From Acidianus tailed spindle virus: 32,000 nucleotides of DNA. The translations under genes and the position numbers were made by a program. The DNA lies in the sequence record NC_029316.1; one strand, 5' to 3'. The notes beneath the pieces were generated by a model. That model was not told the origin of the DNA, made no database searches, and was given only the letters and a program-made list of their open reading frames with translations. This document shows positions 8,198 to 16,309 of this stretch, piece after piece (the stretch's first letter is position 1; every line of letters starts with the position of its first letter).

Positions 8198-9229
8198 ATG
8201 AGTGAGGTAGACCTCGTACATTTAAAAGACCTAGTGGAGTTCAGGGACGACATAATAAAGTTAAGAGTAGCGTTAGGAAACAGGATAGGTGCTAAAAAAG
8301 AGAACAATAAGTGGGTATTCCTAAGGAGATATTCAGTATGCAACAACCATCATATGATATTACTCAAGGAAGACGAAAAACGCGATAAGTGTCCCCTCTG
8401 CGGTCAGCCCGTCAAAATTATTGAAGAAACACCATCTAATGACCTCATAGAGAGGTTTATGGATCTGCTCAGACAACAAGAGATAGTTGAAGGGCTTATT
8501 GGTAACGCTGTTACGAAATTCCCAGAATTTACTAATTTCTTGGCGTTTATTCGAGGAATAGGATCTGCTAACGCTGGAAGACTTCTCGTTTATGCATACC
8601 CACCAAAGTTTCAGTACAGCATCAATAAATTCAGGAAGTACGCTGGTTTAGCCGTGATGTTCCAGTGTCCTAAATGCGGATATTATTATTACGCTGGTGA
8701 GTCCTCAAATGGTAAACCTGCCCTTCCATCAAAAGACGGTTGGCTGTGTCCAAATGACGGTACGAAACTTATTGGTACGTCAGCGAAGAACGTCAAGTAC
8801 AATAGGACTGTTAAGACATTTTTACTAGGAATTCTGGCTAATAACCTCATACTGGCAGGCGGTGTTTATGCAAAGATAATAAAATCATTTAAAGAAGAAA
8901 TAGCATCTAAGCACCCAGACTGGAATAAGCTAAGAGTACAGAGGACTGCGATTAGGAAAGCAATATCCTTATTGATATCACAATACTTTGCTATCTCTTT
9001 ACATTACCGCGAAGGAGTACCATTACCTGAGGCTTACAAAGTAGTGTTGGGGAAAGAATACGAAATCCTCAGAAAGCACGAAGATTTCATTGAATCGCCA
9101 ATTACAGACTATTACGTTGACACGAAGACTGTAAAATATAAAGCTAAGTTTGAAAAGATATTGGAAGAATTAGGTATAAACAGAGAGGAGGTGACAACAT
9201 GGCTGAAGAAGAAAAAGATTATTAAGTAA
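8198..9229 (+). CDS. Zinc-ribbon and helix-hairpin-helix-like protein, resembles C-terminal DNA-binding part of IS110/IS116-type (Transposase_20) proteins
   Basis: CNNHH...CPLC, CPKCG...CPND Cys pairs; FLAFIRGIGSANAGRLL...NKFRKYAGLAV...VKTFLLGILANNLI; no obvious N-terminal DEDD domain. Confidence 0.6.
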   Translation: MSEVDLVHLKDLVEFRDDIIKLRVALGNRIGAKKENNKWVFLRRYSVCNNHHMILLKEDEKRDKCPLCGQPVKIIEETPSNDLIERFMDLLRQQEIVEGLIGNAVTKFPEFTNFLAFIRGIGSANAGRLLVYAYPPKFQYSINKFRKYAGLAVMFQCPKCGYYYYAGESSNGKPALPSKDGWLCPNDGTKLIGTSAKNVKYNRTVKTFLLGILANNLILAGGVYAKIIKSFKEEIASKHPDWNKLRVQRTAIRKAISLLISQYFAISLHYREGVPLPEAYKVVLGKEYEILRKHEDFIESPITDYYVDTKTVKYKAKFEKILEELGINREEVTTWLKKKKIIK

Positions 9230-9230
9230 C

Positions 9231-10160
9231 TGCACATAAGCAATATAGTTCGTCAATAATTGCCGTCCTGCACACGAGCAAAAAGTACGCTCAATAAACG
9301 CGATATTGCACACAAGCAACATATACGTTCAATAAGATACCCATTGCACATAAGCAATCAGCTATTTCAATAATTAATGTACGTGCACACAAGCAACCTG
9401 ATTGTTGATAAAAATACCAACTGCACACTAGCATTCTATCCTTTCCCTAAGGACTTAGTTGCACACTAGCAAAATATCCATTCAATAATATTTATATTGC
9501 ACATAAGCAACAGGTCTATTCAATAATAAATACGTTGCACATAAGCAAGCTAATAATTCAATAACGATATCTTTGCACACGAGCATTATCATTCCTCAAT
9601 AACCGTGAAGTTGCACAAAAGCAATAAAGAGTTTCAATAAAATTGCTCATGCACACAAGCAAGAGAAAACTTCAATAAAGACGTTTATGCACACAAGCAA
9701 AGATACAATTCAATATCGAAAGATATGCACATAAGCAATCAGCTATTTCAATAATTAATGTACGTGCACACAAGCAATTGCTATGCTCAATAATAGTCGA
9801 ATTGCACACAAGCAAAATAATCATTCAATAAACACCTTATTGCACATAAGCAATAAGTATAGTCAATAAACACCCCACTGCACACAAGCAATAACATTAT
9901 TCAATAATATTTATATTGCACATAAGCAAGAAATATCTTCAATAAAAATCACCCTGCACACAAGCAATGAGGTAAGTCAATAACAATCTACCTGCACACC
10001 AGCAAAGATAAAGATCAATAAAAAAAGTTTTGCACATAAGCAACCAGGCTATTCAATAAACCGCATATTGTACACAAGCAAATATAAAGTTCAATAACGG
10101 CAAACTTGCACATGAGCAAGGGTTGGTTTTCAACAAGAATCCTATTGCACACCTGCCCTT
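9231..10160. repeat. Tandem array of ~25 units, 38-bp (rarely 39-bp) period, two conserved boxes per unit: TGCACAYAAGCAA-N8-9-TTCAATAA-N9-10
   Basis: Unit starts at 9231, 9269, 9307, 9345, 9384, 9422, 9460, 9498, 9536, 9574, 9612, 9650, 9688, 9726, 9765, 9803, 9841, 9879, 9917, 9955, 9993, 10031, 10069, 10107, 10146 (last is partial). Confidence 0.98.
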
Positions 10161-10183
10161 CCAGAGCGGGGAGGAAGTCAGAA

Positions 10184-10633
10184 ATGGGCAAATTTGATAA
10201 AGAATTAATAGATATGGTTAAAAAATTAATACAAAAATCTTCTAGTAGCCCATACACAAAAGTAGGTCTTAGCATTTCTGATGAGCATAGGCTACAAAAA
10301 ATCGACCCTGAGCTCTATAAACAATATTATGACACAAAAATGATGATAGAAAAGAACAGGGCTGAATTCAAAGAAAGTATTCTTAAATTAATTGATGATA
10401 TTAATAATGGAATTCTAGATAAATATGGTGCAAGGGCGATTTTAGATAGGTTCGATGAGAACGCCATCAACCACCCAGGGTACTATTGCATATCAATAAA
10501 AATGAAGAGATTGCCACGTGAGCAGTTTACAGAGCTTGTTAACAAACTTAAGCAAATAGGGTTCAAGTTTAACGGCTATAATTGGGAATACTGTGATATT
10601 ATTGGCAATTATCCGCGTTTGAGAAAGTCTTAA
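10184..10633 (+). CDS. Hypothetical protein (149 aa; start moved downstream out of the repeat array)
   Basis: ATG at 10184 preceded by CGGGGAGGAAGTC; upstream codons of the track ORF are array sequence. Confidence 0.75.
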   Translation: MGKFDKELIDMVKKLIQKSSSSPYTKVGLSISDEHRLQKIDPELYKQYYDTKMMIEKNRAEFKESILKLIDDINNGILDKYGARAILDRFDENAINHPGYYCISIKMKRLPREQFTELVNKLKQIGFKFNGYNWEYCDIIGNYPRLRKS

Positions 10634-10683
10634 AACCGAAGAATCGTAAAAAGCTGAGATTAACGTTTTATATAATTTGGTAC

Positions 10684-10962
10684 CTAATTCTGAATCGTTT
10701 CGTTCTCCACTATGTCGTCCCCATAATATTCTCTCAATTCATTTATTACAACTTTAGCTATGTCGTCCCCATAATATTCTTTCACCTTTTTGATAAGCTC
10801 CTTCAAGTCGTCATATATTTCTGCGAAATCACCGTCAATAGTAAAGTTGACTAGTATATATTTACCATCAGTGGTCGGTATTACCATTAGACCTTGATCA
10901 ATGTTTCTGATTTTAACTTCAAATGGCAGGAATTTAATTGTTAGATACATTTTCCTTCCCAA
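10684..10962 (-). CDS. Hypothetical protein (92 aa)
   Basis: ORF; contains internal repeated EYYGDDI motif. Confidence 0.65.
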   Translation of the reverse strand: MGRKMYLTIKFLPFEVKIRNIDQGLMVIPTTDGKYILVNFTIDGDFAEIYDDLKELIKKVKEYYGDDIAKVVINELREYYGDDIVENETIQN

Positions 10963-11061
10963 GGATTATGTTTGTTTTAAGTTTTTAAAGATAGTAGTTG
11001 TGGGCTAGCTCTATCATGATTGAAGTGTAGGGACAAACGGAAATCGGGGGTGTTGTTTCAA

Positions 11062-11133
11062 ATGGAAGAAATTGAAAAGTTAAAAAAGTTGAATGGAAAG
11101 GAGACAAAAAAGGTGATGGATGGTGAAGGTTAA
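11062..11133 (+). CDS. Possible micro-ORF (23 aa)
   Basis: ATG preceded by AATCGGGGG leader (11045-11049); overlaps start of next ORF. Confidence 0.25.
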   Translation: MEEIEKLKKLNGKETKKVMDGEG

Positions 11134-11377
11134 GATACCATATAAATTCCTAGAGGAAAATACATGGTGCGATAGTGACTACTATGGTTGTAGTGGTAGT
11201 TGTAGCCACTGCTATCCGTATGCTGAGAATACTGTTTATGAAGCAGATATTGACGACGTCAAGTTTGATAGAATTGACCTGGAAGATATAGTTGATGAGT
11301 ACTTAGATGACATTATAGATATACTAATGACGAAACATAGGAAGGAATTAGAAAGGAGGATGAACAATGGAACGTGA
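11120..11377 (+). CDS. Small Cys-rich protein with CX3CX2C motif (85 aa)
   Basis: WCDSDYYGCSGSCSHCYPYAEN. Confidence 0.65.
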   Translation: MVKVKIPYKFLEENTWCDSDYYGCSGSCSHCYPYAENTVYEADIDDVKFDRIDLEDIVDEYLDDIIDILMTKHRKELERRMNNGT

Positions 11378-11702
11378 AGACTTTATAGAATACCTTGCAA
11401 ATTCTGCGTCAGCTATATTTGACCATAATCAGACAAAGAAGCTTATCGATTATTTTCTCTCGATCTATGGATTATACAAAATGAGAGGGGTTACCATGTC
11501 TGCTGATAAGATTTACAGATACATTATTAGATCTGTAAAACTCCCATATAGACAACAAGTAATCTTGTACAGCATTTTTTCCGATTATAGTATGCTGACA
11601 CATGAAGAGAAAGGAAAATTTTTATACGTACTTATAGAAAAAATGATAGACAAGTTATTGGAGGGTGCTGATGAAGCGGATAATAAACCTCGCATATTCT
11701 AG
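11367..11702 (+). CDS. Hypothetical protein (111 aa)
   Basis: ORF overlapping previous stop, AGGAGG RBS. Confidence 0.75.
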   Translation: MEREDFIEYLANSASAIFDHNQTKKLIDYFLSIYGLYKMRGVTMSADKIYRYIIRSVKLPYRQQVILYSIFSDYSMLTHEEKGKFLYVLIEKMIDKLLEGADEADNKPRIF

Positions 11703-11929
11703 GGAAGAACTAAAAGTGCCGACTAAAAGTTTATATTTTTCGGGAAAGAAGTTAAAATAAGGAAGAACTAAAAGATGGGGAGAGCGGGAGGGGTCGTCGT
11801 AGCGGGAAGTTGCCCCGCCTCTTCCAAGGGCGGGGTAAAATTTTAGTTGAAATAAGGAAGAACTGAAATAAAACTAAATGGGAATACTCAACATTCCACT
11901 ATATAGTTGAAATAAGTAAGAACTGAAAG
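11702..11929. repeat. Degenerate 24-bp CRISPR-repeat-like direct repeats (partial copy plus three full copies)
   Basis: 11702-11716 GGGAAGAACTAAAAG (partial); 11751-11774 GTTAAAATAAGGAAGAACTAAAAG; 11846-11869 GTTGAAATAAGGAAGAACTGAAAT; 11906-11929 GTTGAAATAAGTAAGAACTGAAAG; intervals 34, 71 and 36 bp; no cas genes visible. Confidence 0.45.
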
Positions 11930-11992
11930 ATGTCAGCTCTAGTTATTCGTTTTTATAAAGGGTGAATTGGTATTTTTCTCGGGGTGTTAAAT

Positions 11993-12763
11993 GTGGAAAG
12001 TCCTTCCCCTTCTCCTTATACTGTCTCTAAAGAAGCAATGAACTTTCTCAATGTTTTCTTTTCAAATAAGCCGATAAAAAACGAGAAGGTTATAATAAAC
12101 GCTCTTAAAAATGGGTTTGTAAGCAGTGTTATCCTTGATATATCTCCTAATGCGTTAAGCGAATTTGAGGATATCATAAAGAAATATTTTGATGTAGACC
12201 TTATCGACGACGAATATTACAAAACTGTAGAGCTGGGTATTATAGCGATGGTAATAACACTACTGGCTCATAGAGTAAGGTTAATTGAACTGCAAGATTT
12301 AGCCGAACCGCTAAATAAATACGCTTCTTACCTTTCATCACTAAGGTTTAAAGCACCTAAAAAGGACGTAATGCCATTGTTAGCCCTAGGTCTTGTAACT
12401 GAAGAAGGTGGTGGGTTCTATAAGGTTACTGGTCTTGCATTGTATCTCATTAATTTTTTATTAACAGTAAATATGAGCATCACATTACCTAAGGCATGCC
12501 TGAAAGAGCTTATTGAAGATTTGAATAACATACTGTTGTTTCATAAATTTATGGTCGAACGTGTGACTAGCTTGCTTTATGAAGCACCTTGGTCATTGTA
12601 TTCAGCGTATCACGGTTCCAGCAGTTACGATGACTTAATGGCTGAGCTTGATTTCGAAAGCATATTAAATACGCTAAATCTATTGAGGGAAAAACTAAAA
12701 CCACCGTACAAATATGAAATACCAGTAATTATGGGAGAAAGGAAACTTTCTCAATTAATTTAA
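11993..12763 (+). CDS. Hypothetical protein (~256 aa, probable GTG start)
   Basis: Long ORF; CGGGG leader 11980-11984. Confidence 0.8.
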   Translation: MESPSPSPYTVSKEAMNFLNVFFSNKPIKNEKVIINALKNGFVSSVILDISPNALSEFEDIIKKYFDVDLIDDEYYKTVELGIIAMVITLLAHRVRLIELQDLAEPLNKYASYLSSLRFKAPKKDVMPLLALGLVTEEGGGFYKVTGLALYLINFLLTVNMSITLPKACLKELIEDLNNILLFHKFMVERVTSLLYEAPWSLYSAYHGSSSYDDLMAELDFESILNTLNLLREKLKPPYKYEIPVIMGERKLSQLI

Positions 12764-12778
12764 AACGGGGCGAAAAAA

Positions 12779-13660
12779 ATGAAAGTTGAACTAGTTTCTT
12801 ATACAAAAGATGGAGAAAGAGTTGTTGCCATTGCTTCTAAGATGAGCAGGTCTAGAAAGGGTTGGGATTACCACGAGAAGACAATGACGGATGAGGAAGT
12901 AGAAGTATGGATCCGTGACGCTATCATTCACGGCTATTGGTCACCACTAGAACACAGTAGTTATACCTTCTCAATAGAGGGTATAAGCAGAGTTGCCTCT
13001 CATCAGCTAGTGAGACACCGCATTGCATCATACACTCAAATGAGCCATAGGTTTGCTAAGCCCGTTGATGAGTACTACCAACCAGTAACTCCGCCTTCTG
13101 CGGAAAAGAGGAACGAGGAACTAGTTAAGAAGGCTTACGACGACGCTTACAAATACTACTACGAGCTATTACAGAACGGTGTTCCAGAGGAAGATGCCAG
13201 ATACGTCCTACCTAATGGAGTAAATACAAACATCGTTGTGACAATGAACGCCAGAGAGTTATACAACTTCTTTGCCCTAAGACTATGCTCAAGAGCACAG
13301 TGGGAAATACGTCAAGTTGCTTGGAAAATGCTAGAAGAAGTAAAGAAAGTCCATCCCCGTCTATTTAAGTATGCTGGGGCTAATTGTATAATATTAAACA
13401 ATTTAACTAGTGACAGACTGATGACTGTAGAGAACGTCCTTAACGGAATATGGAGATTTGAGATTAGCAGGTGTCCAGAAGGCGTATATCGTGATGGAAT
13501 ACCTAAGTGCATACTTTCCAGCATGGGTCTTGCTGACCTATATCAGTGCATTCATGACTGCAAAGTTCATTTTGGCGACCCTGGTGACGACGACAGTGGT
13601 TGCATAGCCTGGTGTAAGAAAAAGTACGCTGACGGCTTCATAGGACAAGGTGGGGCATGA
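12779..13660 (+). CDS. thyX: Flavin-dependent thymidylate synthase with extra Cys-rich C-terminus
   Basis: ThyX signature RHRX7S ([11 protein letters not shown]) HRF; [22 protein letters not shown]; CGGGG leader 12766-12770. Confidence 0.95.
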   Translation: MKVELVSYTKDGERVVAIASKMSRSRKGWDYHEKTMTDEEVEVWIRDAIIHGYWSPLEHSSYTFSIEGISRVASHQLVRHRIASYTQMSHRFAKPVDEYYQPVTPPSAEKRNEELVKKAYDDAYKYYYELLQNGVPEEDARYVLPNGVNTNIVVTMNARELYNFFALRLCSRAQWEIRQVAWKMLEEVKKVHPRLFKYAGANCIILNNLTSDRLMTVENVLNGIWRFEISRCPEGVYRDGIPKCILSSMGLADLYQCIHDCKVHFGDPGDDDSGCIAWCKKKYADGFIGQGGA

Positions 13661-14319
13661 TGGTTTCAGTAGTAGATTTAATAAAAGAACATTTAGATTT
13701 TTTAAGCATAAAATATATTATAACTAGAGAAGCCGATACAGAATTCACTTTTCATCTCGATTACATCTCTAAAAACAAAGTTAATGTACTGTCAAAAATA
13801 CTAAGCGAGAACGGATTTTTTGTGACTTTCAATAATAGTCAATACATAGTAATGATGGATAAAAATGGGCAACGTGTAAGTTTTATGTTTGGTGATGATT
13901 TGCTGTATAAAATAAGGGTTTATACTACAGCAAAGCCTAAGCATTTTGCAGTAAAGGTGCATAGGTTAAGGAGTGTTAGGGTACAATATAGAGACGATAT
14001 TGTTGAACACAACAACATTATAATTACATTAAAGATCTCAAAGAAAATCAAGGATTTGCTTATTTTATATTCACGCAAAATAGGTAAAACTGCTGGCGAA
14101 TTAATACGCTGTACGCTTGCTAATACTATTTTAAAAGAGTTTGATGCCGATTACGATGATAAGAAGCTTCTTGACGGTGATATTAGTGTGTTGTCGTTAA
14201 AGATAAATAAGAAGTTGTTAGAGAAGCTCGACAATTTTGCAACAAATCATAAAGTTACGAGGTCTGCAGTGGTAAGGTACATAGTGTACTTGATACTTAA
14301 AAACGCAGGAGTATTCTAA
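13657..14319 (+). CDS. Protein with probable tandem ribbon-helix-helix motifs at C-terminus
   Basis: [35 protein letters not shown] and [37 protein letters not shown]. Confidence 0.7.
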   Translation: MMVSVVDLIKEHLDFLSIKYIITREADTEFTFHLDYISKNKVNVLSKILSENGFFVTFNNSQYIVMMDKNGQRVSFMFGDDLLYKIRVYTTAKPKHFAVKVHRLRSVRVQYRDDIVEHNNIIITLKISKKIKDLLILYSRKIGKTAGELIRCTLANTILKEFDADYDDKKLLDGDISVLSLKINKKLLEKLDNFATNHKVTRSAVVRYIVYLILKNAGVF

Positions 14320-14336
14320 CGGTTTTTTCTTCTGCA

Positions 14337-14350
14337 AACACAGATGTGAT
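14337..14350. promoter_or_regulatory. Inverted repeat AACACA-GA-TGTGAT upstream of 14365 ORF
   Basis: Same motif family; identical to the 22418 site. Confidence 0.55.
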
Positions 14351-14364
14351 TTCGGGGAGAAGCC

Positions 14365-14856
14365 ATGCTCCAAAATATGTTGTTAAAAAATATAAATACC
14401 CCTCCTAAGGAGGAAATAGAGAAATTTAGGCAAATGCTGTTTTTTAAGGTAGCTGAATGCACTAAAGATAAAAATTTTGCTAAGTGTGTTATCAACAATA
14501 TAATTGAGAATCTGAAGTACATAGACGTTTCTATTCTTTTATACCCACAAACAAAGCGTAAGTGTAGGATGATAAAAGGTTTTGAAAACTCCCAGGCTGA
14601 GGTTATAAAATACGACGACGAGCCTTATTTACTCTGCACGGACGTCCTTTTAGTTTACAAGCTACCAGATAGCATAATGACGTTATTATTTACGCTTTCA
14701 GGCAACGAGATTATATCATCCTATGTAGTTTCTAATATTCCGCAATTGCCTTTAAAGATAGAGGTACCTTTTAATATAGAGGTTGTTGGGGACAACCATA
14801 TATATACTGTGTATAGAAGAAACTCTTCATATGGGGTGAAAATAAATGAAGAATAA
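14365..14856 (+). CDS. Hypothetical protein (163 aa)
   Basis: Long ORF; leader TTTCGGGGAGAAG and inverted repeat upstream. Confidence 0.8.
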   Translation: MLQNMLLKNINTPPKEEIEKFRQMLFFKVAECTKDKNFAKCVINNIIENLKYIDVSILLYPQTKRKCRMIKGFENSQAEVIKYDDEPYLLCTDVLLVYKLPDSIMTLLFTLSGNEIISSYVVSNIPQLPLKIEVPFNIEVVGDNHIYTVYRRNSSYGVKINEE

Positions 14857-15262
14857 CGGTGTAGAATTACTCATCATCTTGCCTAGAAATAATTGCACCA
14901 TAAAGAAGAACAAGTATCTCAGCTACGTAATAAAAGATAACAAATGTTACGTTTATCTTGTCTATTCTAACAAGTATTATCTTACTACCTCTTTACCTTC
15001 TAACCTCATCTTAAACGGTAGAGAAGCTACAAAAATTTTGCACCACATGCTGAATAAGAGCGATGAGGAACTGTATAACGCTATCCTCTCGTCTGGGGAT
15101 ACGGCAAGTAAAAAGACTTATAGAATAAACCTTACAGTATCTCCTATAGTTGCTCCAAAGTTATTCAAACTAGCCTTCATGTTCAATGTAAAAATTTCTA
15201 CAATCATCCGCATGTTAATATTATCATATTACCGTTCCACGACGATAAAGTTAGCACCTTAA
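14846..15262 (+). CDS. Hypothetical protein, possible C-terminal RHH motif (138 aa)
   Basis: INLTVSPIVAPKLFKLAFMFNVKISTIIRMLILSYYR. Confidence 0.7.
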   Translation: MKNNGVELLIILPRNNCTIKKNKYLSYVIKDNKCYVYLVYSNKYYLTTSLPSNLILNGREATKILHHMLNKSDEELYNAILSSGDTASKKTYRINLTVSPIVAPKLFKLAFMFNVKISTIIRMLILSYYRSTTIKLAP

Positions 15263-15271
15263 TTTTTTATG

Positions 15272-15301
15272 CACTATTTTTCTCACATTTTGGATAATAT
15301 T
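15272..15301. repeat. Direct repeat copy 1: CACTATTTTTCTCACATTTTGGATAATATT
   Basis: 28/30 identity to 17641-17670. Confidence 0.9.
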
Positions 15302-15307
15302 ACTCCT

Positions 15308-16246
15308 TTATTTCTTTCTATAGAATATCAGGATTTTGCCATTTTTGTTAGTTAAACTAAAACCGAGTTCTTCTACTTCTTTTATAGGTGGCTTCTTATG
15401 GTATTCCATTATTATCTTCTCAAAATACTTAAGTGACTCCTTCTCATGTCTCAGTATATCGTACTCACAACCTTCACAGTCCATCTTTATCATGAACGGG
15501 TTATCTAATTCTCTAACTAAATCGCTTATCGTAACGCTCTTAACTGCGATACCTGACCCCTTCGGTCTAACATAGACTCCTGCACTGCCTACGGCGTCAT
15601 GATCCTTAATTTTCACTACACGGGATTCATAATTTATTATTGCATTCAGTATCCTTACTCTGTTGTTTAATTCGTTTAGCTTGATATTTTCTAATGCAAT
15701 GTTATAAGGAGTCGGTAAAGGTTCTATTCCCAGAACTTTACTTGCACCCCATAATGCAAAGAAGATAGGCGAATCACCTATTCCTGCACCTATATCAACT
15801 ACGTCTCCTTTGATTTCTCTAAAGTCGTTATAAATTTGCTCATCAAACACCTCGTGGATAGTTTGCTCTAGGGCTAATTTTCCCTTATAATACTTAAGTA
15901 ACTTGACAGAACCTAAATCTAGATTTTTATACATATAATTATCTTTAGTCTTCCATTCATGGTACTTTAGAAAACATAATATAAAACATTCAAGCGGAGT
16001 TTTACATTCTCCTTCGCAGTCTTCTATTTCTCTCGGGTACTCACGCATTTCCCTGTAGTACTCACTCAACGCTTTTAGTGCAGGTGCTGATAAATATACT
16101 GTCCTACCATTTCTTAACTCAGCCTTTGACTTTCTATTCAATATAACATTAAAAAGTACTTCTGGATAGTTTTTATATACCATAACAAATTTCCAGATAT
16201 CCATTGCAGGTGAAATGGATTGCGAGTATTTAAACAGATTTCGCAC
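15308..16246 (-). CDS. FkbM-family SAM-dependent methyltransferase
   Basis: VVDIGAGIGDSPIFFALWGASKVLGIEPLPTPY...NPFMIKMDCEGCEYDILR. Confidence 0.85.
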   Translation of the reverse strand: MRNLFKYSQSISPAMDIWKFVMVYKNYPEVLFNVILNRKSKAELRNGRTVYLSAPALKALSEYYREMREYPREIEDCEGECKTPLECFILCFLKYHEWKTKDNYMYKNLDLGSVKLLKYYKGKLALEQTIHEVFDEQIYNDFREIKGDVVDIGAGIGDSPIFFALWGASKVLGIEPLPTPYNIALENIKLNELNNRVRILNAIINYESRVVKIKDHDAVGSAGVYVRPKGSGIAVKSVTISDLVRELDNPFMIKMDCEGCEYDILRHEKESLKYFEKIIMEYHKKPPIKEVEELGFSLTNKNGKILIFYRKK

Positions 16247-16309
16247 TTTTGCAGAACTTCAACGGGGAGGAGGTCAGTTATTATACTCTGTTTGGAGAAA
16301 CGGAAAAGC

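Noticed and set aside
8198-9229. Calling the gene a functional IS110 transposase
   Set aside because: No N-terminal DEDD/RuvC-like catalytic domain or IS ends visible; only the HhH-like part resembles the family.
9231-10160. CRISPR array interpretation of the 38-bp repeats
   Set aside because: Conserved boxes are 13 and 8 bp with only 8-10 bp variable segments; no spacer-sized unique DNA, no cas genes; period too short for repeat+spacer.
10015-10275. Minus-strand 86-aa ORF in the repeat array
   Set aside because: Mostly translation of repeats, antisense to the better supported 10184-10633 gene.
11775-11845. Treating the GC-rich 71-bp interval as a normal single spacer
   Set aside because: Twice the expected length and contains a strong CCCCGCC/GGCGGGG hairpin; more likely an insertion or a lost repeat, so array identity stays uncertain.
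15336-15575. Plus-strand ORFs within minus-block genes (15336-15575, 16215-16463, 16779-16970, 17659-17877, 17942-18139, 19215-19412, 20931-21155, 26302-26511, 28687-28869, 29203-29439, 31047-31328)
   Set aside because: Shadow ORFs opposite or around longer minus-strand genes.
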